Shown: positions 32,346 to 46,752, counted from the first letter of the stretch. The stretch: DNA of 64,000 bases from Eledone cirrhosa (GCA_964016885.1 OZ024753.1:36642001-36706000); one strand, 5' to 3'. Notes: generated from the sequence alone by a model not told the origin. Translations and numbers: made by a program.

Positions 32346-32552
32346 CCCTTTAGCATTCACATTACTCTATATATACTATTGTATTTTTATAGTAAACACT
32401 TTATCTTACATAATTATCTCACATAATATCGAATCTATGAGATTTTTATATTATTTATTTTGAGAACAATACCTTAACATCAGTATAAGTGGCTTGAACA
32501 GAAAGAGGTGAGACATCTCTGGCCGGATACGGCCGGTTTAAATGCTAAAGGG
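32346..32552. mobile_element. piggyBac-type MITE
   Basis: 12-bp TIRs CCCTTTAGCATT / AATGCTAAAGGG, flanked by TTAG and TTAA; interrupts a family D repeat. Confidence 0.8.
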
Positions 32553-32661
32553 TTAAGGTAATTCTTAAGAAGATTCAGTGTGGTACAGTGTGTGTAACAA
32601 GTCCAATCTAGAGCAGGGGGCTTCCAAAGTGTTTTCATCTACTCTACATTCATTCACATCT

Positions 32662-33130
32662 CATGAGTCGATCTGAAGTCATGGTAAATGAACCCTTGCC
32701 CAAGATCCCACAATGTTGAATCGAACCTAATGTTTGCGAAACGAACGCTTTAACTATTTCATCATGTTGCCTTAGCAATTTGATGTAATTTATCGAATAA
32801 TACAGAAATTGTTTCGCATGAGTGGACCTGAAGTCATGGTAAATTAACCTTGTCTTAGATATCTGGAAGTTAGATCGAACCTTCGATCTAATGATTACGA
32901 AGAGAACACTTTAACCATTTCGCCACTCTACCTCAGTTTGTTATAACTTATTGAATAATACAAAAATTGTTTCGCATGAGTGGACCTTAAGTCATGGTAA
33001 ATGAACACTATCTAAGATATCTCGAAGTTAGATCGAACCTTCGATCTAATGATTACGAAGATAACACTTTAACCATTTAGCCACGCTACCTCAGCAATTT
33101 GTTATAACTTATTGAATAATACAAAAATTG
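32662..33130 (-). repeat. Three tandem ~155-158-bp units derived from a tRNA-SINE head
   Basis: CATGAGT at 32662, 32817 and 32975; minus strand has TGGCTAAATGG and GGTTCGATCT boxes. Confidence 0.75.
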
Positions 33131-33832
33131 TTGTTTCTTTTTATAAATATACATTATTGCTTTGCCAAAATTATAAGAAAATAATGCAAAAGGAGAAGAT
33201 TTGAATATATTTTTGTTTTTCGAGTTTGTGGTGTGTTTGTGTGTGTATGTGTGTTTTTATATGTGTGTATGTGTGTATGTGTGTAAGTGTATTTGTGACT
33301 TTGTGTTTGTGAATGTGGTTGTGTGTGTATGTGTGTTTGTGAGTCTGTGTATGTGTTTGTTTGTATATTGTGTGTATGTCTGTGTCTGTGTGTATTTGTG
33401 TCTTTGTGTTTGTGAGTGAGTTTGTGTGTGTATGTGTGTTTGTGCGTATATGTACGTGTGTGTGTTTGTGTTTGTGAGTATTTGTGTGTGTGCGTGTGTA
33501 TTTGTGTGTTGTGAGTATTTGTGCGTGTTATGAGTATTTGTGTGTGTGTGTATGTGTGTAAGTGTTTGTGTGTATGCCTGTTTGTGTGAATGTATGTATG
33601 TGTGTGTGTTTAATTTTTTTTAGATCGTGTCTTTATTTGAAATATTTCATTTTTCCTTCGTAATTTTATTGAATTTATTAGTAAAAACATTTTGTGTTCT
33701 TTTTTTTTTTTGTTTTATTGTGGAAATAATGAAAGTTTTTGGCTGTTCATCAAAACGTCTTCATCGGTTTATAATCTTATTCATTTTTTTCGTACAAAAT
33801 CAGATTTAAAGATACACAAGCGCACACAGACA

Positions 33833-33900
<68 letters not shown>

Positions 33901-34395
33901 TATGCATATATATATGATTATGCATATATATGTTTATATGTATAAATATATGTATGCATATATATGTATGTATATGTATATATGTATGTGTATATATATA
34001 TATTCAACAATTCAACAGCATTCTAATAAATATTGCTTGTACAGATAATCAAAGTTATACAATTTCTTGGGTTCTGTAAGGTTCAGCAATGCGACTACGT
34101 GAAGACTAAGTCTTAGACGACTGCCTAGTTAAACTTAATGGTAGCATCGGCCCTATTTACGATCCATCTATTGGTAGGTACCTCTACAAGGAATTGATTA
34201 TATCTGACTGTCTGCCCTTTATCATTTATACGGACACTCACACACTCTTCATCTCTTTTACACACACACACACACACACATATGTACATACTTTACGGAC
34301 AACAGTTTTAAGAATGAAAATGTGTATGTGTGTTTCTGAGTATGTGAGATAAACAGGGCGTGGAATCAATTACGTGAGCATATGTATACATACAC

Positions 34396-34444
<49 letters not shown>

Positions 34445-34836
34445 ATATACAAACATACATACTTAAACTGTACTTACACACATGCCAACGTTTAAGTGCG
34501 CACAGCTTTGATTATTTTTGTGGTGTGCACGTCAGCAAATTGACTTCACACGTCGACTTACTATGTATGGATATATATACATATATATGTATGCATGTGT
34601 GTACACGTATATATATATATGTGTGTGTGTGTATGTATATATATATACGTATGTATGTATATATATATATATATATATGTATGTATATACGTACGTACGT
34701 ATGTAAGAATATAAGTATGTATGACTACACATACGTCAATATTTTTAAGTCTTTGAGTGTGTGTGCATGTCTAAATCACGAAGGTCAACGTATGCTTGCT
34801 TGTTTTGTCTTCAATCTTTTACTCGAGCTGTGTGAA

Positions 34837-34975
34837 GGCGCGTGGCTTAGTGGTTTGAGTTTTCGGCAGTCGTAAAATCTTGGCGATCTCTTGTGTCCTT
34901 GAGCCAGACATTTTACTTCATGTTGCTTCAGTCCACTCATCTTGTAAAAAATGGATAGTACCTGTAATTCAAATG
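34837..34975 (+). mobile_element. SINE family B, internally deleted
   Basis: GGCGCGTGGCTTAGTGG and GTGTCCTTGAGCCAGACA; a further degenerate head at ~63418-63482. Confidence 0.65.
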
Positions 34976-35165
34976 GCTAGAATCGTAAGAATTATGTCAA
35001 ATGTACATGTTCGAAATACAGGAACTCTTATCCTTGCAGCCAACGTATGTTCACCACACAGGCATGCGCGTTTAAAATGTCCAAATTTAAAGCCCGGTGC
35101 CCAGAGTATTTGTCAACATACGGCTTTCTGTGGACAATCACGATCATTTTATCATTATTATCTTT

Positions 35166-35351
35166 GGTGGATTGGCAGTATCGTTAGAGAGTCGGACGCC
35201 ATGCTTTCCAGCATAGTTACGTCCCTTTACGGTCTGAGTTCAAATCCCGCCGAGGTTAACTTTGCCTTTCATCCATACGGGGTCGATAAAATAAAGTACC
35301 AGTAATGCACTGGGTAATTGCTGGCCTTGTGCCAAAAGTAGAAACAATTAT
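35166..35351 (+). mobile_element. SINE family A, full length
   Basis: Complete match to consensus. Confidence 0.9.
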
Positions 35352-35943
35352 TTCTAGAGGGGATGGCATTTGATTAAACACCTGTGTTTAAACCTTTAAA
35401 TATTTAAACCAAATGACATTAATATACATATATACACGTGCATCAGAAGACACGATCTAAAATATAGAAGGAGACACGTACATGTACACACACATCCACA
35501 TACAAATATATACATACATATGCATACATACATACATACGTACACATACATACATATATACATATATAAATATATACATATATAAATATATACATACCCA
35601 CGCATACATACATATATATATACATACATACATATATATATATATACATACATATATACATATATATACATACATACGCACGCATACATATATACAGCCA
35701 TACATACACATACACACATACATACATACATACATACATACGTACGTACAGACACACATTCACACACACACACACATACATACATACATACATACATACA
35801 TACATACATACATACATACATACATACATACAGACAGACAGACATGCACGCACATACATTCGTACATACATACACACACATTCTCTTTCTCTCTCTCACA
35901 CACACTCACACACACTAACACACACTCTCTCTCACACACACAC

Positions 35944-36011
<68 letters not shown>

Positions 36012-36203
36012 AAACGCTCGCAATACACCGGTTGCTTGTTCTCAGCTAATTTCAAAGAAAACAAACATAGCTAACCAGTACTATGTAAAGAATCTTCTGT
36101 TAGGTAGCTTGGCCTTTTGTATTTCACATTTATTTCTTCACACTTTATCCTCCATATCTCCTCTTCCCCCTCCTCATCATCATCATCATCATCGTCGTCA
36201 TTG

Positions 36204-36241
<38 letters not shown>

Positions 36242-36245
36242 GTCG

Positions 36246-36281
<36 letters not shown>

Positions 36282-36348
36282 GCAATGACATCATTTGGTG
36301 TTGTTGTTGTTGTTGTTGTCGAGACATACAAACGTATATGTGCGTGTT

Positions 36349-36407
<59 letters not shown>

Positions 36408-37350
36408 TTGTGTGTGTATACGCATGTATATATATGTGTATATATGTATGTATATATAAATATATATATATATATAAGTATATATATATATAAGTATATA
36501 TATATATTTGTATATATATATGTGTATATGTGTGTATGTGTGTGTGTGTGTGTGCGTGTGTGTGTGTCTGTCTGTCTGTCTGGGTATGTGTGTATGTATG
36601 TGTGTGTATGTGTGTCTGTGTCTCTGTGTGTGTGTCTGTGTGTGTGTGTGTGTGTGTGTGTCTCTGTGTGTGTACGTGTTGAGTGAGAGATATGATGAAA
36701 CAAATAAACGTGTCATATAAACAGACCAAGTAAAAGATGGAGAGAAGAATGTTTAGATATTGCTTTCATATGACTATTCTCTTATTCTTCCATTCTTATA
36801 AACCTTCATTCTTTTAATCTTTCCTATTATGGAGATGCGTCCATACTGGGGCAGCGCCTTCTGGTCTGTTTAATCGATTATATCACATGGTTATGTTTTT
36901 CTACTTCCAATTTCTCTTTAATTTTATCGATCGTCATTTAAAGAAATAAAATGACAGGAATCGAACGTCAGATCGGACCGATGTAACGATGCTTCCCTTG
37001 ACCTATCCTTTAATGTCACTATCTGTCTGTCCCAATTCCTGGCATTAAATAACAATATATTATTGTTATTTTTGTGATATAACGATGATTTTTCACTGAC
37101 AATTCTTCTTTAAATATTTCATAAATTCTCTGGTGACAAGAATGAACACAATTGAAATCGAATTCTCTGAGTCAATGCTCTGCTTATAATATATAGATAT
37201 ATATAATATATAATATATATCTGCCTAGGGATGATGGAGCTTGTGGAAGGAGTGTTCACCATTTTCTCCATAGTTTTCTGTTCGTTTTTGTGTAGAAACA
37301 CGTGTTAGAAAAAAATGGCTTAATTTTTTCGTCCTAATTTTTCCAGTAAT

Positions 37351-37422
<72 letters not shown>

Positions 37423-38162
37423 ATGCGTGTATGTGTATGTGCACGTGTGTATGTGTGAATTTGTGTGCGCCTGTATGTATATATACATATATACTTGCAT
37501 GCATACATACATATACATACATACGTACATTTACACGTGCATGCACACATACACACACATATACACGTACACCTACACACAAACACACACACGCACACAC
37601 ACATGTATGCGGTAGCTCACTTCATCTGTCAAAGTGAAAGTAAACCCCTTCACCTCAATATGGCGGAGCAACAATTAAAATCTTGTCAGTCGGTAGCTTC
37701 TCTAATTGAAAACCTTCTCTTTAACGTCAGTTATGACAGTACACACATTGAATTACCTCCCCATTGGATTACCTCTCCAGTTTTCCGTTGCCGTTTCATT
37801 AGTATTGATAGACAGGTAATATTAATTTTCACTTTAAGCTCATCATTCGCTCGTGGCTTTTTCTGTCTGCCATTCAAATTATGAGAAATTAATATAAAAT
37901 ACCTGTGACCAAAAGCTGAACCGGAAAGAGACTCAGTGAGAGCTATCGCATTGAAATTGAAATAAATAACAAGCATAATATTGAGAATAAAGATGTATGT
38001 GGAGCTATATAGAATATGTTTAGGTTTAATAAACATACATAATATAACTGTATTTTAAGCTGTGATCATTTACGTATATATATACATATATAAATATATA
38101 AATATATAAATATATATATATATATATGTGTGTATACATATATATATATGTATATATATATA

Positions 38163-38243
<81 letters not shown>

Positions 38244-38798
38244 ACTAGAAATTGATTAACATATAAATAAACATGAATAATCACAGGAGATAATTTTTAC
38301 AAGTGTGTAACCACAAGTAGCTAGGTAGGTAACTAAATAAAGTTGACCAGAACTTCAAAAATAGGTACCTTATAATATGATTAATCTTCCCTGTATATAT
38401 TCCATTAAAGAAATATATTTCACCAATTAATCGGATGGTAAACCACGGAAGTTGAAACTTGGATTTTCAACAAGGAAGAAGTTCCAGCGATCAGTGTTTA
38501 CACTTCAAGTTCAAATCAGCGACTGGCCAGCACCACGTGTTGTATCTACTAGAAATACACACATCATACTAGCTTCGCCCCAGTGGCGTGAATAGGGTTA
38601 TCGACAACTAGAAACAGCAGTCGAGTCCTTTCAACAGAGTTAGCTCTACAATTAAGGAGCCGTATTTATATATCTATATCCAAAATTAAGATAAATCAAA
38701 TGAATTTAATCTAAATCAAAATTATGGGTGTCATGCCAGAAAGACATGCGCCATATCACCCGCATTTATCTTAATTTTGGATATATATATATATATAT

Positions 38799-38940
38799 AA
38801 CAAAAAGGGTGTGGTAAGATACTAGGTTGACCATAACGCACTAGAATACTCGATACTTGTGGTAGTAGAGTGGCTAATATAAAAATATTCAGGATCCCGA
38901 TGGCTGAGCGCCAGTCGTTTCGATCTTTGGTTAGATCGTA
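38799..38940 (-). mobile_element. Diverged P3 insert
   Basis: GTGGTAAG...ACCATAACGCAC...TACTC.ATACTT.GGTAGTAGAGTGG P3 tail motif. Confidence 0.6.
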
Positions 38941-39337
38941 GAGTAGATATTAAATCAACTACGAAACTACGACAAACAAAGCCGCGTGAAAATTTCATTA
39001 AGTAATGAAAATTAAGAAAATCTCCATTATGTAACCATCATGCAAAATTTTATATAGTCTAAAGTCTGTTTTATACCAGTACATTTTGAGTGAGTGTCAC
39101 TGTTGAAAGATTAATACATCTTGAAACAGCGTTATATGATATTCTCAGATCAAACCGGCAACTAAAGAAAATAGAGAAAACTATATTTTTGTTTCGTTTC
39201 GTAACGAAAAAATATTTTTCTTCGGCAACAAGGGAACCTATATATTTATTTATAGTATATAAACGTATTATATATGTTCTATATATGATTTCATATACAC
39301 CAATATATATCTAGCTATCTATTTCTCTATTTCTCTA

Positions 39338-39410
<73 letters not shown>

Positions 39411-39471
39411 TTTCACTCGTGTAGGACACCTCGGTTATTTTTCATTTTGTAAAAAAAACCTCACTTTCTAA

Positions 39472-39513
<42 letters not shown>

Positions 39514-39938
39514 CATATACATACATATACATATACATATATATGCACAACCCAGGGGCGATAACCTATAACAGGATACGAACCCTGCGACCTCACGACG
39601 ATTTGGTCGTCACCGACATTCTTCTTAACACAGCCGTCTTAACAAGCTCTTCTTTCTCAAACAAGGAACCAAGAAAACGGTTATTTTGCAGTGACACGTA
39701 TACAACATGCCAAGCAACCAACATCCTGTAAAGGATTCTAGGAAACGGCAAGGAGTCTTTGTCAGTTGTAGGGATTCATACATCTTCCTTCCTTCCTTGG
39801 ACGGGTCTAATCTGTGTTCAGTGAAGCGTAGCATTAATGATCTGTAGCAGAGTTGTGTTTGCAAAAAGATATCAATTTCTACAGCTCCATTCAGTCGAAT
39901 AATGAAATACTAAATATGCGGACTTTTTATGTGTGTGC

Positions 39939-39975
<37 letters not shown>

Positions 39976-39982
39976 GAGAACG

Positions 39983-40100
<118 letters not shown>

Positions 40101-40116
40101 GTACATATATATATAC

Positions 40117-40201
<85 letters not shown>

Positions 40202-40261
40202 TATATAATATACATGTGTGTGTGTATATAAGAGAGAAAAAGAGAGTGCATATGTGTCCGA

Positions 40262-40315
<54 letters not shown>

Positions 40316-41002
40316 GAATATATATAGATATATAGATATATAAATATATATATATAATATGTGTGTGTGTGCGTGTTTGTACGTTTGTGTATGTATGTGT
40401 GTATGTATGTATGTGAGTATGTATGTATGTGTGTGTGTGTATATATAAATACTTCATAGATATAACTAATCATTTCTATGGCTTTTGTAATTTTCTTTCT
40501 TTGAATACCTCAATGTTAATTCTGATATAGCAATAACAATACAACAACAGCAACAACAGCAACAACAACAGCAACAACAGCAACAACAACAACCACAACA
40601 ACAGCAACAACAACAGCAACAACAACAACAGCAACAACAGCAACAACAACAGCAACAACAACAACAGCAACAACAACATCCACAACAAAAACAGCAACAA
40701 CAACAGCCACAACAACAGCAACAACAACAGCCACAACAACAGCAACAACAACAGCAACAACAACAGCAACAACAACAGCAACAACAACAGCAACAACAAA
40801 AACAGCAGCAACAACAGCAGCAACAGAGACAATGCTAATACTAACAGCACCTCCACCACCTCCACCACAAACAACACCACCAACAACACCAACACCAACA
40901 ACAACTCTAGCAACTCTTGATAAAAACAACAGAAGCAACAACAGTAACAACAACAACAACATCAACAGCAGCAATAGCAACAACAACAATAACAACAACA
41001 GC

Positions 41003-41033
<31 letters not shown>

Positions 41034-41125
41034 GCAACAACGACATGGTTTCAAACAACAACACTCGATAGTAAAAACTACAATAACAATAAAGACTTTG
41101 GATTCTACTTGTTTGTCATTGTTGT

Positions 41126-41184
<59 letters not shown>

Positions 41185-41194
41185 GCAGTGATGG

Positions 41195-41232
<38 letters not shown>

Positions 41233-41439
41233 GGGTGGAGGAGGAGGTTGTTGCTTTAGATCGCGATGTCATTAAACCCCATATACAACAACAACAGTAT
41301 TAGCATCAATGGGAAAGAATGGATAGACCTCCATTCGATCAACGTGAAATGAATATGTATGTGGCTGAGCATTCTACAGAGACACGCGTGTGTGTTTGAC
41401 GTAATTCTCAGGGAGATTCAGTACAACAATATGTGTGAC

Positions 41440-42190
41440 TAGCTCCCGTAACCTGCTGGTGTTCTTCCAGTATTGTGCCAACTACCTCTATATCTGATAT
41501 ATTCAACACTATGACAGTTACACCATTTGCCTAGGCAGATATAGCTCTCCAGTGATCAGGTTCAAGCAGACATCCGCTTAAGAATTCCATTCTCCACAGT
41601 AGAGGCTCGAAAGTCAACACATAATGCGTTCGCCATGGAAGCTGGCCGTTTATTTTGGCCCTCTAGAAGTGGCCGTTTATTTTGACCAGCGAACAGATGC
41701 CGCTGTAGAATGTAACGAACCAGTTTCTAAAAAGGCGATTTCCCAGCTGTTCTTGGAGCAGACTCCAATTAGCGATGGTTTAATCTATCGAAAGCTTTGG
41801 ACTGATCTAGAATGACCGGCACCCCTCCAAAGACAGGTTTACTTCCGCCACGCTCTATGATATATCTCACGAAATAAAGGTTGTCATGGTTAGATCTGCC
41901 AGGAATCGCACATCTCCGTCAAGGATATTTAGTGAGTACACAGGCTGAAACTTTCAGCTCTGTATTTTATAATTACAGGTCTGAAGTTTCCTATCAGGAT
42001 CCTCTTGTCCAGGTCTTTTATTAGCAGTGTCACGATTGCCCAGCTCACCTGACTCGAAATGTTCTCAAGTTGCTATCAACTTCAGCAAACTGAAGCCACA
42101 CAGTAACGAACAAGTTGTGGCGTAGAACTTACAGTCTAGTCCATGAAAACCTGGGGATTTAGTTCTCACAAAGTAGCTCACACATTCGCC
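41440..42190 (-). pseudogene. Decayed Tx1/L1-clade reverse transcriptase
   Basis: Manual translation across frameshifts gives KSPGFHGL, VTLLIKD...IGNFRPV, NTELK, CAIPGRSNHDNL, LDQSKAFDR (~41784-41810), VKINGH, YVLTFEPLL, SA*ANGVTV (decayed YADD) and VTGA in canonical RT order. Confidence 0.85.
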
Positions 42191-42217
42191 ATTGCATTAG
42201 CAACAACAACAGCATTA

Positions 42218-42407
42218 ATAATTGTTTCTATTTTAGGCACAAGGCCAGCAATTACCCAGTACATTACTGGTACTTTATTTTATCGACCCCGTAAGGATGA
42301 AAGGCAAGGTTAACCTCGGCGGGATTTGAACTCAGATCATAAAGGGACGTAACTCTATGCTTCAAAGCATGGTGTCCGACTCTCTACCGATAGTGCCAAT
42401 CCACAGC
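42218..42407 (-). mobile_element. SINE family A, full length
   Basis: Complete match to consensus. Confidence 0.9.
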
Positions 42408-42561
42408 TGAACAGAAACGGCACCAACACATACTAATAAGATACATACATAAACAGGCATACAGATAATCACAATTATAAATACATGCAGATAGATGCAT
42501 ACATAGCTATATACATACATACACATACATACATTGAAACATGCACACATAAACACACGTG

Positions 42562-42626
<65 letters not shown>

Positions 42627-43092
42627 CGGCGATGAATTAATTTTGCGAGATTTCTTATATGAAATTGTGTGTCGAAACAAATATTGTTATACTTGGAGAG
42701 GGTCATATTTGTGTAATATTCCCAGAATTAATAACAGAACACACTCACTGTTTGGTTGGTTTTCGCTTTTCGCTTCTGTGTCTTTTATATCGGTAATCTA
42801 ACTTACTCGGTCCTCAATGTTGCCATTGACTGACCGACGGTCAAAAATAATACAGATACAATATAGACACAAACACATATATATAGTTTATCAAAGTTCT
42901 TTCGTTGCACATCTGCAACATCGTCAGTGGTGCTATTGTTTCCTCCCGTTGCATTGTATTTTCTACGCCATCTTTATTTTTATTTATTTTTATTTATTTG
43001 ATAAACTATATATATGTGTTTGTGAAACAATTATGTATTATGTGTTTATATATGTATATATATATATATATACATATATAAAAATATAATAC

Positions 43093-43395
43093 ATAATTGT
43101 TTCTACTTTAGGCACAAGGCCAGCAATTACCCAGTACATTACTGCTACTTTATTTTATCGACCGCGTAAGGATGAAAGGCAAAGTTAACCTCGGCGGGAT
43201 TTGAACTCAGACTGTAAAGGGACATAACTGTGCTGGAAAGCATGGCGTCCAACCCTCTACCGATACTACCAATTCCCCGCCCTTAACATAATTGTATCTA
43301 CTTTAGGCACAAGGCCAGCAATTACCCAGTGCATTACTGGTACTTTATTTTATCGACCCCGTAAGGATGAAAGGCAAAGTCAACCTCGGCGGGAT
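43093..43395 (-). mobile_element. Two tandem SINE family A copies (43093-43281 full, 43288-43395 truncated)
   Basis: Repeated tail and body. Confidence 0.9.
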
Positions 43396-44083
43396 AATAC
43401 ATAATAATAGCACAAACATGCATACACATATTCCATATTCACATACATAAATACATAATACATACAAACATACATTCATACAAAGATACATAAATACACA
43501 CATACATACATATGTAAAAACATGATAATACATAATGATAACACATACATAAACAGAAAAGACTCGTTGTTGTTTGTTGTCGCTATAATAATAAATATTA
43601 TTTTTATATTAGATTTTTTTCCAAGTGTTGCTTTCGTTGTGTCGTCTTTCTTAATACACTAACACGGCCTGTTATATACTTTGATGTGTGGCTCGTTGCA
43701 ACAACAGCTGGCAGCTATAGCGTAGAGCTTGTCTCGTTAGCACTTGCAAAAAAATCTGTACATACATAGAAATGAATACATTCTTATATATATATATGTA
43801 TATGCGTGTGTAGACGTGTGTGTATAGAGAGCTGAGAGACAGAGGGGAAGGGGGTGAAAGAAAGAGACTACTACGACTAAAGCAGTTGCTTCAGTTTTTC
43901 ATCAAACAAGAGCTCTCAGTCTGAAGAACATGTTTCGATGTCAATCTGTCTTCATCAGTAAAACATACCAGATAATAGATTCATTCATGTGACACACAGA
44001 CGCCTGGCGGGTCAATATACTATTGATCTTTCAGGATTGTTGATTTGTTATTCCTGCTTAAACTCATGCTTGCCTTTCCCTCT

Positions 44084-44126
<43 letters not shown>

Positions 44127-45284
44127 CTCCAGGTGGAGAAAAACTGGGCGGAGGTTACGAACAGGGTGTTTGCACTGACCCAGAAGTGGGCCAGTTGCAA
44201 ACTATCCCTGAAAGGTCGGGCGGAGGTGGCGAACACCTACATAGCGTCCGTCATCTACTACCGCCTGACCGTAGTGCCCTGCCCAAGGGAAACCCTCACC
44301 AAGATGGAGCGCGCGCTCTTCCAATTCCTTTGGAAGAGGCGGGCTCCTATGGTGAGGAGATCCATCTGCTGTCAACACCCTTCGAAAGGAGGGCTGGGGA
44401 TGCCGTGGCTAATGATGCGTAAACACGCATTAAGGCTACGGCACCTCTACGTATTCCTCACCGGACAACCGGTGTGGGCCTCGTTTGTGAGACGAACCTT
44501 TCCCAGACTCGTCTCACTCACCGAGCTGCAATCCTGGGTCAAGCAAAGACCGAGAAAACTGGGCGCCTGGCACACTGAGTGTGCCCAGGCGCTCACCGCC
44601 CTCTGGCAGGCGGATCCGGTTATCAGTGGAGACTCCACCGCAACATTCTATAGAGGGCTGGTACGCAGCAGGTGCGACGACGCCCTCGGAGAAGCCCTAG
44701 ACATGGAGGAGGACGAACTGGCCAGCCTGTTCGGTAGGACATTCAGCCCGGGACCTATGGACAACTTCCAGAAGTCCCTGGCCTGGCAGTGCTACCGAGG
44801 GGCTTTACCCGTTCGAGAAAGGCTCTACAGACACGGGCGCCCGGGTAGGGACCCCGCCAAAAAGATCTGTCCCAGATGCGTGTGCGACGAGGAAACCGTT
44901 GCACACGCATTAGTACACTGCTCGGGCGTAGCCGATCTGTGGGGCTATGTCGAACAACTGCTGTCAAGGGTGGGACCGCTCCGGTTGACCACCGAGTCTA
45001 TTGTAATGATCAAGCCGCCTCCCCCCTTCAAAGATGAAGCAGAGGCGGTGTTTCTGTGCGTAATAGCCATGGCGAAAGAGGTTGTATGGTGGACGCGTCT
45101 GAAAGGACTGAGGTCGGGCACCTTTCTCTCTGGCCAACAACTGGTCCGTTTCTTCCGATATCATTTCGGAAGAAGGATCAGGATGGAGAGAGAGGTGCTG
45201 CACCCCAGCCGTTTCTATGAAAGATGGGTGAAAGTGGCGAGAATGGCCCGTGTGAATGGGCCTTCACTCTACATCAGACTATAG
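44127..45284 (+). CDS. Tx1/L1-clade ORF2 C-terminal region (post-RT + CCHC zinc finger), 5'-truncated
   Basis: Open frame of ~385 codons with W..CKLSLKGRAEVAN, FLW, KGGLGMP and CPRCVCDEETVAHALVHC; the upstream part of the track ORF is microsatellite read-through. Confidence 0.9.
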   Translation, partial: LQVEKNWAEVTNRVFALTQKWASCKLSLKGRAEVANTYIASVIYYRLTVVPCPRETLTKMERALFQFLWKRRAPMVRRSICCQHPSKGGLGMPWLMMRKHALRLRHLYVFLTGQPVWASFVRRTFPRLVSLTELQSWVKQRPRKLGAWHTECAQALTALWQADPVISGDSTATFYRGLVRSRCDDALGEALDMEEDELASLFGRTFSPGPMDNFQKSLAWQCYRGALPVRERLYRHGRPGRDPAKKICPRCVCDEETVAHALVHCSGVADLWGYVEQLLSRVGPLRLTTESIVMIKPPPPFKDEAEAVFLCVIAMAKEVVWWTRLKGLRSGTFLSGQQLVRFFRYHFGRRIRMEREVLHPSRFYERWVKVARMARVNGPSLYIRL

Positions 45285-45546
45285 GTGAGGAAGATGAAAG
45301 ACCAAGGGAGCACCCCTTCTCTGTGCTCCTGAGGAGAAGGGTTGCACACTTTTTTCGGGGGTGTGTGCGACCCCCCAAGGCGCCTCCTCTCTATTGAGGA
45401 TTTTGTTAAAAATTTTATTTTTTGTTATATCTTATTTTATTTTTATATTTTGTTATTGCCTCCTCCTTATTGAGGACGCCTTTTTGTGTAAACTCCCCCC
45501 TTTGTACTTGTCCCACTTTTGATGCCCTAGTGGCAAATAAAAGAAA
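44127..45546 (+). mobile_element. Young Tx1-clade LINE in (CTAT)n
   Basis: (CTAT)n on both sides; 3' UTR ends AATAAAAGAAA with no poly(A). Confidence 0.9.
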
Positions 45547-45548
45547 TA

Positions 45549-45581
<33 letters not shown>

Positions 45582-45583
<2 letters not shown>

Positions 45584-45972
45584 ATCATTTCGGAAGAAGG
45601 ATCAGGATGGAGAGAGAGGTACTGCACCCCAGCCGTTTTTTATGAAAGATGGGTGAAAGTGGCGAGAATGGCCCGTGTGAATGGGCCTTCACTCTACATC
45701 AGACTATAGGTGAGGAAGATGAAAGACCAAGGGAGCACCCCTTCTCTGTGCTCCTGAGGAGAAGGGTTGCACACTTTTTTCGGGGGTGTGTGCGACCCCC
45801 CAAGGCGCCTCCTCTCTATTGAGGATTTTGTTATAAATTTTATTTTTTGTTATATCTTATTTTATTTTTATATTTTGTTATTGCCTCCTCCTTATTGAGG
45901 ACGCCTTTTTGTGTAAACTCCCCCCTTTGTACTTGTCCCACTTTTGATGCCCTAGTGGCAAATAAAAGAAAC
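45582..45972 (+). mobile_element. Second, shorter copy of the same Tx1 LINE
   Basis: Nearly identical to ~45158-45546; (CTAT)n on both sides. Confidence 0.9.
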
Positions 45973-46330
45973 ATATCTATCTATCTATCTATCTATCTAC
46001 CAATCTATCTATCCATCTATTTAACTATTTTGCCCATCTATTACTCATATACACATCCATATATATGCATGTGTTTATGTGTGAGTTGTGTGAATGTGTC
46101 TATCTGTGTATGTGTCTGTCTGTGTATGTTTATGTATGTGTTTGTGTATGTGTTTATGTATGTGTTTATGTGCCAAATGTTCACTTATTCTATTTCTTAT
46201 ATTCATTAAACACATTTGAAAGGTCGACGGAACATAAAACAAGAGACAGAGAGAAGCGGAAGAGTAGAGAAGGGGAGAGAAATAGAAATTACTAGAGAGA
46301 GGGTTAGAGAGACAAAGAGAGAGAGAACGC

Positions 46331-46365
<35 letters not shown>

Positions 46366-46599
46366 TGATAGATACAGAGAGAGAGAGAATGAGATTCATA
46401 GAACGGGAAAATTGAGAAAAAAGAAATTAGCGGAAAAAAATGAATTCACACATGCATATACTAACACTCCCTCATACTGACTTAGTGAGAGAGAGAGAGA
46501 GAGAGAGAGAGTCAGACAAAGGCACAGAGAGAGAGGGGGAGAGAGAGAGAGTCAGACAAAGGCACAGAGAGAGAGGGGGAGAGAGAGAGAGTCAGACAA

Positions 46600-46648
<49 letters not shown>

Positions 46649-46752
46649 TAGAGAGCGAGAGAGAGTAGATAGACAATGAGAGGGAGAGAGAGAGAGAGAG
46701 AGGGAGGATAGAAACAAAAGAGAGAAAAGAGAAATATATATAGATAGAGAAA

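Noticed and set aside
39625-39864. RSLMLRFTEH resembling a GIY-YIG helix motif
   Set aside because: No upstream YIG-like motif or downstream conserved residues visible.
43921-43960. CTGATGA...GAAA-CATG-TT on the minus strand, and similar cores near 8385 and 16760
   Set aside because: Stem I does not pair; left uncalled as ribozymes.
43989-44126. N-terminus of the 431-aa ORF
   Set aside because: Chance read-through of flank and (CTAT)n; LINE homology starts at 44127.
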